Shown here piece after piece: positions 1-11,731 of a stretch of DNA of 64,000 bases (position 1 is the first letter of the stretch; each line of letters begins with the position of its first letter). The translations under genes and the position numbers were made by a program. Location: contig OZ024742.1 of the NCBI GenBank assembly GCA_964016885.1, forward strand, positions 43,648,001-43,712,000, written 5' to 3'. Below the pieces are notes generated by a model. It saw nothing but the letters and a program-made list of their open reading frames with translations, ran no database searches and was not told where the DNA came from. This stretch comes from Eledone cirrhosa (taxonomy: Eukaryota).

Positions 1-3000
1 AATGCCCAAAACTCCGAGTTGGTACCATCAATGTAGGCTCAATGAAAGGAAGAGCAGGAGAAATTGTAGAAATGCTAGAGCGAAAGGAAGTTGATGTATG
101 CTGTGTGCAAGAGACTAGATGGAGAGGAGGGTCTGCTAGAGTCCTTGTAGGAAAAAGCCAGTGCTACAAATTTTTCTGGGTGGGAAATGACGATGGGATG
201 GGTGGTGTAGGTATACTATTAGCTGACAAGTGGGTAGATAAAGTAATCTCAGTGTACAGGGTAAATGCAAGAATCATTAAACTCAGACTAGTCCTGAATA
301 AGACAATTACCACAATAATATCAGCTTACGCACCCCAATCAGGGCTGCCAGACGAACTTAAGGATAGGTTTTACGAGTCCCTAATACACACTACTGCTCT
401 AACAGACGACAAAGACTTCCTAATCATTGCAGGAGATTTTAACGGACACGTAGGTAAACACTGCGACGGCTTCAATAGAGTACATGGAGGCCATGGAGTT
501 GGCACAAGGAATGAGGAAGGATTCAGACTTCTAGAATTCTGCGACGCCAATGACATGTCGATATGTAACACAAACTTTAAAAAACCCGACAACCACCTGA
601 TCACCTATAGATCAGGGGAGCACTCTAGTCAGTTAGATTTTATCCTCATCAGAGGACGTGACAGATGGACGGTCGTAAACACAAAAGCCTTCCCTAGTGA
701 GGAATGTACATCCCAACATAGCTTAGTTGTCAGCGACCTCACGGTCAGAACTAGACGAGCCCTGAAACAGAGGCCAACCTGGAGAAGAAAGATCTGGAAG
801 CTGAAAGTCCCCTCAACCAGTAACAGATTTAAAGATATTTTACTCAACGCCTACGACAGTAAAGAAGAACAGATAGAGACATTTAACGTAGAAGAGAACT
901 GGGAGTTCCTAACAAATAACTTACTAGAGGCGACGGATGAGGTTTGTGGCTGGAGTAAGACCTCAAGCAGGAGGAGAGTGACTTGGTGGTGGAACAATAA
1001 GGTAGATGAAGCAGTCAAGGCCAAGAGACAGGCATGGAAAGAATGGAAGAACGGGGGGAGCAGGGTACATTACATAGAGACCAAGAGGGAAGCTAGGCGA
1101 CAAGTATACTTAGCTAGGAGGGAAGCAGAGGATAGAAAATTCAAGCATGTTTTACAACGTGAGGACCAGAAACAGGAGGTATTCAAGATTGCGAGGCAGT
1201 GTGTCAGAGATAGTTGTGATGTCATTGGAGAGAAGTGTATCCGGAATGATAAAGGTGAGCTTGCCCTCACAAGTGCTGAGAAGAAAGATGCATGGAAGAG
1301 TCATTATGATAGATTACTAAATGAGGAGAATGCATGGGAAGAAGAGACCCTACCCCACGTAGACCCTATAGAGGGACCAGCAGTACAAGTCAGCGGCAGC
1401 GTAGTAAGTAAGGCAATCAGAGATATGAAGATAGGGAAGGCAACCGGTCCATCGGGTATAGCTGCCGAGATGCTGAAGGCATCTGGGTCTGTAGGTCACA
1501 CTATAACCACACGTATCGTTAACCAGGTAATACTAGAGGGGGCCATACCAAAAGATTGGTGCAGTAGCATCATTGTCAACTGCTACAAAGGTAAAGGCGA
1601 TGCACTAGATAGAGGAAACTATAGAGGTATAAAGTTGATGGACCAGGTCATGAAAGTAACAGAAAGAGTTATAGCACAGCTGATTAGGGACCGGGTGAAT
1701 ATAGACGAGATGCAATTTGGGTTTGTACCAGGGAAAGGCACCACTGATGCGCTCTTCCTTGTGAGGCAATTACAGGAAAAGTACCTAGCTAAAAGTAAGC
1801 CACTCTACTTGGCATTTGTCGACCTTGAGAAAGCCTTTGACAGAGTTCCACGTGCAGTAATCTGGTGGGCTCTTAGAAAACTAGGAGTAGATGAATGGCT
1901 TGTGAAAGCGGTACAAGCCATGTATAGGGGAGCAGTCAGCAAAGTTAGGATTGGCAATGAGTATAGCGAGGAATTTAGCGTACAGGTTGGGGTCCACCAG
2001 GGCTCTGTTCTTAGCCCTCTCCTGTTCATCATAGTCCTGCAGGCAATAACGGAGGAGTTTAAGACCGGATGCCCATGGGAACTCCTGTATGCTGATGACC
2101 TCGCACTCATAGCTGAATCTATGGTAGAACTAGAGAATAAATTCCAAACCTGGAAGCAGGGACGAGAGAGAAAGGGCCTCAAAGTCAACATGACAAAGAC
2201 TAAGGTCCTTATAAGTAGACGAGAAAACAGAACCCAGATCCCCTCAGGGAAATGGCCTTGCTCAGTATGTAGGAAAGGTGTAGGTAGGAACTCCATTCTT
2301 TGCCCCAAATGCAAACAATGGGTACACAAGAGATGTAGCGGGATCTCAGGAAGCTTAATTAAGAATGTAGGATTCACATGCAGCAGCTGTGCTGAAACAG
2401 CAAGCAAACAGCCACAGGAAACAAGTACCACCAATCTCTGGGAGGGCCCTGTAGAAACAGTAGACAGCTTCTGCTACCTAGGTGACCGAATTAGCAACGG
2501 AGGTGGGTGCTCAGAAAGTACAATAACTAGGGTAAGAACGGGATGGAAGAAGTTTAGGGAACTACTACCACTGCTAGCTGCAAAAGGCTTCTCCCTCAGA
2601 ATGAAAGGCAGACTGTATGATGCGTGTATCCGAACAGCGATGTTGCATGGTAGTGAGACCTGGGCGCTGAAGGTGGAAGACTTACGTAGATTAGAGAGAA
2701 ACGAAGCCTGCATGCTCCGATGGATGTGTAACAGTAATATACGTGAACGACAAAGCATAAATGAATTGAGAGAGAGACTGAGCATAAGAGGAATCAAATG
2801 CTGCGTGCAGGAGAGGCGGTTACGCTGGTATGGACATGTGATGCGTATGAAGGATGACAGCTGCATAAAAAGGTGCAGAGCACTAGAAGTTGATGGAAAC
2901 CGCGGAGTGGGGAGACCCAAGATGACTTGGGATGAGGTGATAAAAGCCGACCTTACCCAACTACACCTCTCAAAGTCAATGACACACGACCGTGACTTCT

Positions 3001-3355
3001 GGCGTCACGCAGTAATACAGGGTACCCGACCTCCCATGGGTACATGCTGAAGCATATAAACAATATGCCCCCACACCCCCCACCGCAAGGTGGTCGTGGA
3101 GGTGCCACGGCAAAAAAGCACCCAGCCCACACTGTAAAGTGGACGTGTAGGCGCCACGAAAAAGCACCCAGCACTCACTGTAAATGAGGTTGGTGTTAGG
3201 AAGGGCATCCAGCTGTAGAAATCAAGCCAGATCAGTTCCTGTATGAGCAAGGCATGGTCAGCCGACCAGACACTGCCCACAACAGGACAACCCGTCTAAC
3301 CCATGCTAGCGTGGAAGAACGGACGTAAAACGGTGATGATGATGATGATGATGAT
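1..3355 (+). mobile_element. RTE-clade non-LTR retrotransposon, family A (5' end outside window), with 3' UTR and (GAT)n tail
   Basis: Single long APE-RT ORF, 3' UTR 3051-3333, (TGA)n tail 3334-3355 running into a (TA)n array. Confidence 0.95.
42..3050 (+). CDS. RTE polyprotein: APE endonuclease + reverse transcriptase with PHD-like finger
   Basis: APE motifs (VQETRW, SAYAPQ, GDFNGHVG, SQHSLV). The frame is open upstream as LRVGTINVGS, so the true start is likely outside the window. RT motifs [30 protein letters not shown] (YADD 2088-2099), FCYLG; RTE C-terminal RRLRWYGHV and RGVGRPK. Confidence 0.95.
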   Translation: MKGRAGEIVEMLERKEVDVCCVQETRWRGGSARVLVGKSQCYKFFWVGNDDGMGGVGILLADKWVDKVISVYRVNARIIKLRLVLNKTITTIISAYAPQSGLPDELKDRFYESLIHTTALTDDKDFLIIAGDFNGHVGKHCDGFNRVHGGHGVGTRNEEGFRLLEFCDANDMSICNTNFKKPDNHLITYRSGEHSSQLDFILIRGRDRWTVVNTKAFPSEECTSQHSLVVSDLTVRTRRALKQRPTWRRKIWKLKVPSTSNRFKDILLNAYDSKEEQIETFNVEENWEFLTNNLLEATDEVCGWSKTSSRRRVTWWWNNKVDEAVKAKRQAWKEWKNGGSRVHYIETKREARRQVYLARREAEDRKFKHVLQREDQKQEVFKIARQCVRDSCDVIGEKCIRNDKGELALTSAEKKDAWKSHYDRLLNEENAWEEETLPHVDPIEGPAVQVSGSVVSKAIRDMKIGKATGPSGIAAEMLKASGSVGHTITTRIVNQVILEGAIPKDWCSSIIVNCYKGKGDALDRGNYRGIKLMDQVMKVTERVIAQLIRDRVNIDEMQFGFVPGKGTTDALFLVRQLQEKYLAKSKPLYLAFVDLEKAFDRVPRAVIWWALRKLGVDEWLVKAVQAMYRGAVSKVRIGNEYSEEFSVQVGVHQGSVLSPLLFIIVLQAITEEFKTGCPWELLYADDLALIAESMVELENKFQTWKQGRERKGLKVNMTKTKVLISRRENRTQIPSGKWPCSVCRKGVGRNSILCPKCKQWVHKRCSGISGSLIKNVGFTCSSCAETASKQPQETSTTNLWEGPVETVDSFCYLGDRISNGGGCSESTITRVRTGWKKFRELLPLLAAKGFSLRMKGRLYDACIRTAMLHGSETWALKVEDLRRLERNEACMLRWMCNSNIRERQSINELRERLSIRGIKCCVQERRLRWYGHVMRMKDDSCIKRCRALEVDGNRGVGRPKMTWDEVIKADLTQLHLSKSMTHDRDFWRHAVIQGTRPPMGTC

Positions 3356-3357
3356 AC

Positions 3358-3429
<72 letters not shown>

Positions 3430-3466
3430 GTATGTATATATATATATATACATACATATATATATG

Positions 3467-3534
<68 letters not shown>

Positions 3535-3565
3535 AATATATATATATATATATGTATGTATATAT

Positions 3566-3619
<54 letters not shown>

Positions 3620-3702
3620 GTATATATATATATGTATATATATATATGTATATATATATATGTATGTATATATATGTATATATATATATATGTATATATA
3701 TG

Positions 3703-3737
<35 letters not shown>

Positions 3738-3742
3738 GTATG

Positions 3743-3787
<45 letters not shown>

Positions 3788-3920
3788 CTATATATATATA
3801 TGTATATATATATATGTATATATATATGTATGTATATATATATGTATATACATATATATATATGTATGTATATATATATATATACATACATATATATATG
3901 TATGTATATATATATACATG

Positions 3921-3951
<31 letters not shown>

Positions 3952-3953
3952 GT
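3356..3953. repeat. (TA)n/(TATG) microsatellite
   Basis: Direct inspection. Confidence 0.98.
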
Positions 3954-4630
3954 AACTAAGGAAAAAATTAGAGATAAGAGGGATCAGATGTTGTTTACTC
4001 GAGAGAAGGCTACGTTGGTATGGACACGTGATGCGCATGAAAGTCGATAGCTGTATAACAAAGTGCAGGGCAATAAAGATAGGCGGTAGTCACGGAATAG
4101 GCAGACCTAGAAAAACCTGGGACGAGCTGATAAACTCCGACATCACACACTTACACCTCTCCAAGACAATGTCACTGGACCGAGACCTTTGGCGGTACTC
4201 AGTAACAGAGAAGACCCGCCTTACCTAAATATATAGTAAAACCTACTCCAGCCAGTAGGCATCTCTAACAAAATACACCCCGTCCCACCACCACCACCCC
4301 CACCTCATCCACACCACCCCGTTCTATGTAAAGTTATGTTGGTGCCGCGCCATCGAGGCCGAAACAAATGAGATCGTGTAGGTGACACGACAAAAAAACA
4401 CACAGTCCACGCTGTAATGTGGCCGTGTAGGCAACACGGTAAAAACCTCCCAGACCCACACTGTAAATGTGGTTGGTGTTAGGAAGGGCATCCAGCTGTA
4501 GAAAACCTGCCAGACAGTCCTATGCGAGCAAGACAATCACTCTTGCCTCAAGTGGGACTACCCCCGTCCAAACCCATGCAAGCGTGGAACACGGACGTTA
4601 AACGTTGATGATGATGATGATGATGATGAT
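3954..4630 (+). mobile_element. RTE family B, 5'-truncated 3' fragment
   Basis: [13 protein letters not shown]...GRPRKTW, 3' UTR and (GAT)n tail; near-identical to 20824-21142 and the 3' end of 42109-43998. Confidence 0.92.
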
Positions 4631-4647
4631 ATGTATGTATATATATG

Positions 4648-4702
<55 letters not shown>

Positions 4703-5146
4703 GTATATATATACATATATGTATATATATATATAGGAACGAGTAGGACCCCAACGGATTGGTCAAAAGTTTGTTGTTGAGACATAATAATTCTATCATG
4801 GCAATTTGTGGAGGGTAGCTGAACCTGCCAGTAGGAGAAAGAGGGAGAGGGGGTGGAGGAGACCCAGTCATGCGTTGATAGTGCCGACTACAGCTGGGCA
4901 TGAGGAGAAAGAAGATACTAGGAAGGGGGAGGAAGTCGAAACAATAAGTAAAACAATAAGGGATAAATATATAGAAAAATACTGAGAGTGTTAAAAAGCA
5001 ATTAAATGTAAAAAAAAAAAAAAAAAAAAATTTCTGGTTACTATGACCTAAGGACAAGTCTCTCACTGGTACTGCTAGGCTAAAGAAAGGTTTACTAGGT
5101 GGGACGGAATTATAATGAGACCCTTTTAAGAGGTATAAGTAATAAA

Positions 5147-7345
5147 CATCATCATCATCACCGTTTTTCGTCCGTTCTTCCACGCTAGCATGGGTTAGAC
5201 GGGTTGTCCTGTTGTGGGCAGTGTCTGGTCAGCTGACCATGCCTTGCTCATACAGGAACTGATTTGGCTCGATTTCTACAGCTGGATGCCCTTCCTAACA
5301 CCAACCTCATTTACAGTGAGTGCTGGGTGCTTTTTTGTGGCGCCTACACGTCCACTTTACAGTGTGGGCTGGGTGCTTTTTTGCCGTGGCACCTCCACGA
5401 CCACCTTGCAGTGGGAGGGTGTGGGGGCATATTGTCTATATGCTTCAGCTTGTACCCATGGGAGGTTGGGTACTCTGTATTACTGCGTGACGCCAGAGGT
5501 CACGGTCGTGTGTCATCGCCTTTGAGAGGTGTAATTGGGTAAGGTCGGTTTTTATCACCTCATCCCAGGTCATCTTGGGTCTCCCCACTCCGCGGTTTCC
5601 ATCGACTTCTAGTGCTCTGCACCTTTTTATGCAGCTGTCATCCTTCATACGCATCACATGTCCTTACCAACGCAACCGCCTCTCCTGCACACAGCATTTG
5701 ATTCCTCTTATGCTCAGTCTCTCTCTCTCAATTCATTTATGCTTTGTCGTTCGCGTACATTACTATTACACATCCATCGGAGCATGCAGGCTTCGTTTCT
5801 CTCTAATCTACATAAGTCTTCCACCTTCAGCGCCCAGGTCTCACTACCATCTAACATTGCTGTTTGGATACACGCATCATACAGTCTGCCTTTCCTTTTA
5901 AGGGAGAAGCCTTTTGCAGCTAGCAGTGGCAGTAGTTCCCTGAACTTCTTCCATCCCGTTCTTACCCTAGTTATTGTACTTTCTGAACACCCACCTCCGC
6001 TGTAATTGGGTCACTTAGGTAGCAGAAGCTGTCTACTGTCTCTACAGAGCCCTCCCAGAGATTGGTGGTACTTGTTTCCTGTGGCTGTTTGCTGCTTGCT
6101 GTCCCAGTACAGCTGCTGCATGTGAAGCCTACATTCTTAATTAAGCTTCCTGAGATCCCGCTTCATCTCTTGTGTAGCCATTGCTTGCATTTGGGGCAGA
6201 GGATGGAGTTCCTACCTACACCTTTCTTACATACTGAGCAAGGCCATTTCCCTGAGGGGATCTGGGTTCTGTTTTCTCGTCTACTTACAAGGACCTTAGT
6301 CTTTGTCATGTTGACTTTGAGACCCTTTCTTTCTAGTCTCTGCTTCCAAGTTTGGAATTTATTCTCTAGTTCTACCATAGATTCAGCTATAAGTGCGAGG
6401 TCATCAGCATACAGGAGTTCCCATGGGCATCTGGTCTTGAATTCCTCCGTTATTGCCTGCAGGACTATGATGAACAGGAGAGGGCTAAGAACAGAGCCAT
6501 GGTGGACCCCAACCTGTATGCTAAATTCCTCGCTATACTCATTGCTAATCCTAACTTTGCTGGCTGCTCCTCTATACATGGCTTGTACAGCTTTCACAAG
6601 CCATTCATCTACTCCTAGTTTTCTAAGAGCCCACCAGATTACAGCACGTGGAACTCTGTCAAAGGCTTTCTCGAGATCGACGAATGCCAGGTAGAGTGGC
6701 TTACTTTTAGCTAGGTTCTTTTCCTGTAACTGCCTCACAAGGAAGAGGGCATCAGTGGTGCCTCTTCCTGGTACAAACCCAAATTGCATCTCATCTAGTT
6801 TCACCCGGTCCCTAATCAACTGTGCTATAACTCTTTCTGTTACTTTCATGACCTGGTCCATCAGCTTTATACCTCTATAGTTTCCTCTATCGAGAGCATC
6901 ACCTTTACCTTTGTAGCAGTTGACAATGATGCTACTGCACCAATCTTTTGGTATGACACCTTCTACTATTACCTGGTTAACAATACGTGTGGTTATAGTG
7001 TGACCTACAGACCCAGATGCCTTCAGCATCTCGGCAGCTATACCCGATGGACCGGTTGCCTTCCCCATCTTCATATCTTTGATTGCCTTACTTACTACAC
7101 TGCTGCTGACTTGTACTGCTGGCCCCACTATAGGGTCTACTTGGGGTAGCGTCTCTTCTTCCCATGAATTCTCCTCATTTAGTAATCTATCATAATGACT
7201 CTTCCATGCATCTTTCTTCTCAGCACTTGTGAGGGAAAGTTCACCTTTATCATTCCGGATACACTTCTCTCCAATGACATCACAATTCTCTCTGACACAC
7301 TGCCTCGCAATCTTGAACACCTCCTGTTTCTGGTCCTCACGTTGC
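5147..7345 (-). mobile_element. RTE family A, 5'-truncated, disrupted
   Basis: (CAT)n at 5147-5160; reverse complement of about 1153-3345; ORF 6163-7434 with RT motifs and PHD start, then stop/frameshifts. Confidence 0.93.
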
Positions 7346-9647
7346 AAAGCAGCTGGAGTTAGGGATAAATCCAAATTGCGAGGGCCGGATGAGGCTGTGA
7401 GAGCTCCAGAAGTTCCAAAGGGTTTCTCTGACACAGGATTCCATCAGTTTGGCAATACAGCTAGTAAGACTGACTGGACGATAGTTGACAGGTGACGTGC
7501 GGTCGCTCTTTTTGAACAGGGGAATGACACTGGCAGTTTTCCACTGCTCCGGAGTAGCACCATTGTTGAGACAGTATTGAAAGAAGAAAGAAAGCTGGTG
7601 CAAAAGGAAGTATCTGCCACATTTGAGAAGCAGGTCTGTAACACCATCAAGACCAGGGGAGGCATAGTTGCGCTTATTCTTAAGGTGACGTTGCAGCATT
7701 GCAGGTGTAAATTCCATAGTTGTTATGGAATTTGATGTTAGAGATGGTGGATATGGTACATTCTGGTTTTCAACAGTAAAAATGCTTGCATAGCACTCAG
7801 CAATGAGTTCTGCGCATTCTTTGGGATCGTCAGTGATTTGGCTGGTGTGGGGATTGTGAAGAGGACCAACTGGAGATCGAGGTCTCTGCTTTGAATGTAC
7901 ATATTTCCAGAACACCTTACTGTCAGGATTGGTTGCTATGCACTGTTCAAATTCAAGTACTGCCTTTTTTGTCACTTGCTTGAGATGGTTGGAAGATTTA
8001 TTCTGCTTTTTTCTGTTGGCATCTGATTTATGCAGTTTATATTCCCGTTCAGCATTCCGACGTTCTTTCTTGGCAAGTAGGACCGCTGAAGTTTCCCAAA
8101 TTGCACTTTTGGGGTGGTTTTTTTTTCTGCTTACGTGGCACTGATGCTGCACACGCTATCCATATTGAGTCCAGGATGCTCTGGAGTATAGTGTTCACAT
8201 CTCCAGAGTTATAGAACTCATGCCAGTTTGGGTGCTGTAGCTCAGTGCAGTACAAGTTCCAATCTGTTTTATTCCAATCAAAGCAAGCAGATTGAAGATG
8301 GTTCTGGTTTTTGTTGCTGCCCGCAAGAGCCAGATTGGCAATGATCATAGCATGATCAGAGTCACCTAGAGATTCCTCAGTAGTACAACTGATAACCACT
8401 TCAGGTCCAAAGTGTTGTCACCTCTTGTTGGAGAGGTGACTACTTGTGACCAGTTTGAGTCCAGCACTAGCTCAAGGAAATCGTTTGCACTTTGTGGCCA
8501 ACGAAAGGTTTCCCAATCGATCTCAGGATGATTGAAGTCACCTGCAATAAACACATAAGTGGCTGTTTTCCTGGCAGCAGCTCTGAGGATATCGCAAAGC
8601 TGTGTGTCCTGATGGTAGTTGGGGGGGGGGGGGGGGCGATAAACAACACCAAGCAGAAGTGTTGACATGGTCATACGTATGTCACAGAAAAAACTTCTTG
8701 TGATTCGTTCAAATTAACGCAAGGAATTACCGAAAAGTTTGAACGAACGTAGACCATCACACCACCACCACAGCGATTAATGTGGTCCTTGCGGAAAAGG
8801 TTGTACCCAGTAATGCTGAAAACCCCATCACAGAGTAAGGAATGTGCCCATGTTTCTGTGACTGTGATGAAGTCAGGGTCGATGCTTCTGACGTAGGAGT
8901 TAAACAGATGTATCTTGTTGCATAAACTGTAAGCATTTAAGGACAACAATTTGTACCCTGCTTGCAGTTTATGATGTGTAGAGGATGGCAGGTTGTTCTG
9001 GTTTAGTTTCCCAGAGTTGTTGCAGTTTTTTCATTGTCAGTTATTGTGGGTAGAGCGCACTCAGACCAGCTGGTATCTCTCTTCCACGTTTCACCAGCCT
9101 TAACAAACCTCCAGATCTGCCCATCATCACGCAGACTAAAACTTTCATGTTGTGCTGAGTTCCGATTCAAGGAAGCTGCAGCACGTAACTTTGGATGTAC
9201 ATTAGGTGGTAGGCCTGGGCGTGTTCGGAAGGTAATCCGATTTTCATGCCCAGCTTTAACAGAGGCCAGATGATATGAAATTGCCTCAGCGGGGTCCGAA
9301 AAAGACAGCCTGATGAGTCTGGGTTTTGGACCAAGTCGACCAAGGCGGAGAGCACCCTTTGGGGGAACACAGCCTAGGTCTTTGGCTGAGCTGGCAGCAA
9401 ATGCCTGAAGATCAGCCTTGTCCTCTGGTACCCCAATGGCAATTACTTCATGGGTAGCAGATTCCGCAGTCTTCTCAGTGTGCCCAGATACGGCAAGAGG
9501 TACAGGGAGATTCTTTAGCAAGGCATTCTGATAAGACCCCTCATTGTGGGGTCCTACCTGAATGCTTGCTTTTATTCCTGCTATGCTTTTATACTCTACT
9601 ATGTACTGAGTACCTTATTACTGTGGTTACCCCCGATTGAACCCAGG
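7346..9647 (-). mobile_element. CR1/L2-group LINE, 5' half only (ORF1 remnant, APE, start of RT), frameshifted
   Basis: APE pieces LSLNAYSL, VTETW, GGGV, VVYRPP, AGDFNHP, TRGDNTLDL, SDH. RT start SPGLDG, WKTASVIPLFKK, NYRPVSLTS, QFGF. ORF1-like RLG...RLIRLSF at 9003-9521. The 5' boundary is uncertain. Confidence 0.85.
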
Positions 9648-11540
9648 ATATATATATATATAGGAAAATAATTTGGAAATACAATTAGAGTTTTAAAAAA
9701 AATTTATTATAATAACCTCTGACTTGTCGGCATAGCCACACATCTCTCCATCTCTCTTGACTTTTGAAAATCATGAAACTTGTAAAACCGGTAGTTATAA
9801 GTTATTGTAAATGAACCTTCTTAAAGACTCCAATTGCATTTCCAACTTCTTTTTCTTATATCTTTACCTGTGCAGGATATATTTTAAAAAACCTTACTTT
9901 CAAATATATATATATATATATGCCATTGCCTTACAAGGCATTGGGAAAATTTGAAATGCAAAATGCCTAGAGAAATAGTTGATGCTATAAACAACAGTTG
10001 ATGAAAAAGTGGACAGAGGTAACTGCTAGGAATCAAACCATACATTTTACAGATGCCAGATGAATGTGATACCCATTATGTTAAGGAGACCTTTCTAGCT
10101 ACAGGCTATAAATCTTCATAATTCTGTCCATTTTTTCCCCATCTCAAAGTGTTATATCCCTGGTTTAATTAACTATTTTATAGTTACAATCATGTGTTAT
10201 AGTAGCTTTTCAAAAAGCAACGCATACTCTCACATTTCCTTTTACTACACACACACACACACACATATTATTACCATCATCAACTTGTAAATAAAGAAAA
10301 TTTAATATGAATACAAAAACCTCCCTCAAAATTGTATCACATAGGCAGATTTAAATATAGGTAAAAGTAGGCCTGGAATGTGGGTGCAAGCTGATTCAAA
10401 GTCCCAGTTTTTGGTGATGCAAAGTGCTAATAATAACAATAATGACTTGTAAATTTTGGCATAAGGCCATAAAATTTAGGGCATGGGATACAGTCACATA
10501 CTCTGCAAGTAATCCCCACCTATCAGATTGCTTCACTGGTCCCTTGCCAAGAGGATCTCACCCAAAGTTATGGAAGCCTCCAACCCATCGTTGCTCCTCA
10601 ACCAAACATAGCTCAGACAACAAGCACACCCGCATAATAAATGCCAGATAACTATAACAATCTTTCAATACCAGACTGGTATTATCTCTTTCATTACCAT
10701 ATTTCCAATGAAAGACACTGCTTCATTATCATCATCACTGTTTAACATCTATGTTTCATGCTTGCATGGGTTAGATAGGCTGTCATGTTCTGAGGTTAGA
10801 TGCCAACCACTTTGCAGTCTTTACTAGAAGCATTTTATTATGACTCCAGCACCTTATAGGGTGATCTGGGTTCTTTTTGTCTTGGCACCAGCACTATTTT
10901 CATGCAGTGTAGAATGAGTGCTTTCCATTGTGGCCCCAGCACTACCGCTTTGCCAAGTGAGCAGGAAGATTATGTATTTCAAATAATTTTTTAAATAATG
11001 AAGAATTTGGAGGGATTTAGCTGACTTTCTCGTTATTAAGCTAGTTTGGAATATAACTTGCCAAAGATTCTTACATAAAATTATGATGGGAGGTTTTTAG
11101 ATAAATATAAACACTTTAAAATAAACTGATTTGTATTGTAGAAATAAGGGCAGTTTCAGGTGGTTTGGTATCAAAAGGGTTAAAGATAATTGAATCTTAA
11201 AGAAGATGCTTCACATTCATTCACCTTCGATGAATACAGCCTTGGTCAAGAGTTGATGTCATCAGATGTTGGTGGGTCAGCAATGGTGGCCAAATCACTG
11301 CCCATCTTCTCCAGGCTTCTAGCTTATCTCCTTTCTCCTTCTCCATAACCAACAAGAGGCTGTTTCTGTTGCCCCCCCCCCTTCATCATACAAGCCGCTG
11401 CAATTTTCTCTTTTCATGATATTCTATTATTTTATCAACTCAAGAAGAATGAAAGGTATATTTAACCCTTTAGCCTTTACATTGCTCTCTATATATAGTA
11501 TTATATTTTCTTGGTAAAGGCTTTACTGCACATAATTATC

Positions 11541-11731
11541 TGGTGGATTGGCAGTATCGGTAGAGGGTCGGACGCTATGTTTCGCAGCATAGAGTTACGG
11601 CCCTTTATGATCTGAGTTCAAATCCCGCCGAGGTTAACTTTGCCTTTCATCCTTATGGGGTCGATAAAATAAAGTACCAGTAATGCACGGGGATAATTGC
11701 TGGCCTTGTGCCAAAAGTAGAAATAATAATT
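11541..11731 (+). mobile_element. tRNA-derived SINE (Nin/Deu-like central domain), full length with TSD
   Basis: A-box-like TGGCAGTATCGGT, B-box GAGTTCAAATCC, core GCCTTTCATCCT..GGGGTCGATAAAATAAAGTACCAG, (AAT)n tail; 10-bp direct repeat ATAATTATCT at 11532 and 11726. Confidence 0.85.

Noticed and set aside
1805-2920. Recurrent antisense ORFs over RTE copies
   Set aside because: Shadows of the sense ORF, repeated only because the element is repeated.
3232-4050. Long YI/IY-rich ORFs here and throughout the window
   Set aside because: Translations of stop-free (TA)n microsatellite, not genes.
9518-9569. Hairpin with CTGATAA-GACCCC/GGGGTC resembling a hammerhead
   Set aside because: No GAAA core after stem II, and the opposite strand reads as continuation of the LINE ORF1.
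10500-10660. RGSHPKLWKP resembling a CR1 C-terminus
   Set aside because: Too short and degenerate to support a call.
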